A program made the position numbers and the translations under genes. This document shows, piece after piece, positions 52,858 to 53,044 of a stretch of 53,044 bases of DNA. Under the pieces are notes generated by a model. The model was not told where the DNA came from. It did no database searches and saw nothing but the letters and a program-made list of their open reading frames with translations. The DNA comes from a virus (taxonomy: Duplodnaviria > Caudoviricetes), in IMG/VR virus record IMGVR_UViG_3300031449_000026, positions 1 to 53,044 of that record; one strand, written 5' to 3'. Position 1 is the stretch's first letter. Each line of letters opens with the position of its first letter.

Positions 52858-53043
52858 TTAGCCGTCGCCGTCGCCGTCGCCGGAGCCGTCGCCGGAGCCG
52901 GAGCCGTAGCCGGAGCCGGAGCCGGAGCCGTAGCCGGAGCCGGAGCCGTAGCCGGAGCCGGAGCCGTAGCCGGAGCCGGAGCCGTCGCCGTCGCCGGAGC
53001 CGTCGCCGTCGCCGGAGCCGTCGCCGGAGCCGTCGCCGGAGCC
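52858..53043 (-). CDS. C-terminus of a Gly-rich (G-S/G-D/G-Y) repeat protein, partial
   Basis: 6-bp gccgga/gccgtc/gccgta units read as GSGDGYG repeats ending in TAA at 52858. Confidence 0.7.
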   Translation of the reverse strand, partial: GSGDGSGDGSGDGDGSGDGDGSGSGYGSGSGYGSGSGYGSGSGSGYGSGSGDGSGDGDGDG

Positions 53044-53044
53044 G

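Noticed and set aside
52843-53044. GC-rich 6-bp repeats as a CRISPR array or telomeric repeat
   Set aside because: No unique spacers; the units translate as a Gly-Ser/Asp/Tyr repeat ending in a stop.
1-53044. Integrase/att site, tRNAs, alternative genetic code, host assignment
   Set aside because: None recognisable. All three stop codons end normal-length genes, and the host cannot be determined from this window alone.

Overview
The window is a ~53 kb piece of a GC-rich tailed phage (siphovirus-like) genome or prophage. No integrase, tRNA, rRNA or CRISPR array is visible. It has three blocks. (1) A minus-strand late/structural block (~33 kb to the left edge): HGGxSTG and TerS-like genes; a large terminase apparently split into ATPase and nuclease genes around an antitoxin-like ORF; portal; a Cys-less Com-like gene flanked by repeated motifs that overlap hairpins; a 1072-aa protease-scaffold-capsid fusion; a GH71 alpha-1,3-glucanase; a sigma-70-like gene; fibre-like genes; a permuted papain-like amidase; neck genes; tail tube; tail chaperones with a -1 frameshift; tape measure; minor tail proteins; and a NIDO-domain protein missed by the ORF track. 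(2) A plus-strand early block (34.0-42.9 kb) behind divergent sigma70 promoters that share an operator, with small ORFs, a Gam-like gene and an MTase-SNF2 helicase fusion. (3) A minus-strand replication/recombination block (42.9-53 kb): SSAP, ASCH, RuvC-like, RlpA-like, an XF1762/Mom-like gene with a G22 tract, MT-A70, primase-D5 helicase, an iteron origin and a second sigma/HTH regulator. Non-coding signals include a five-copy bipartite late-promoter motif, an oriented ATGCAG cluster, and many short tandem or inverted duplication scars. All family calls come from reading motifs by eye, not from database searches.
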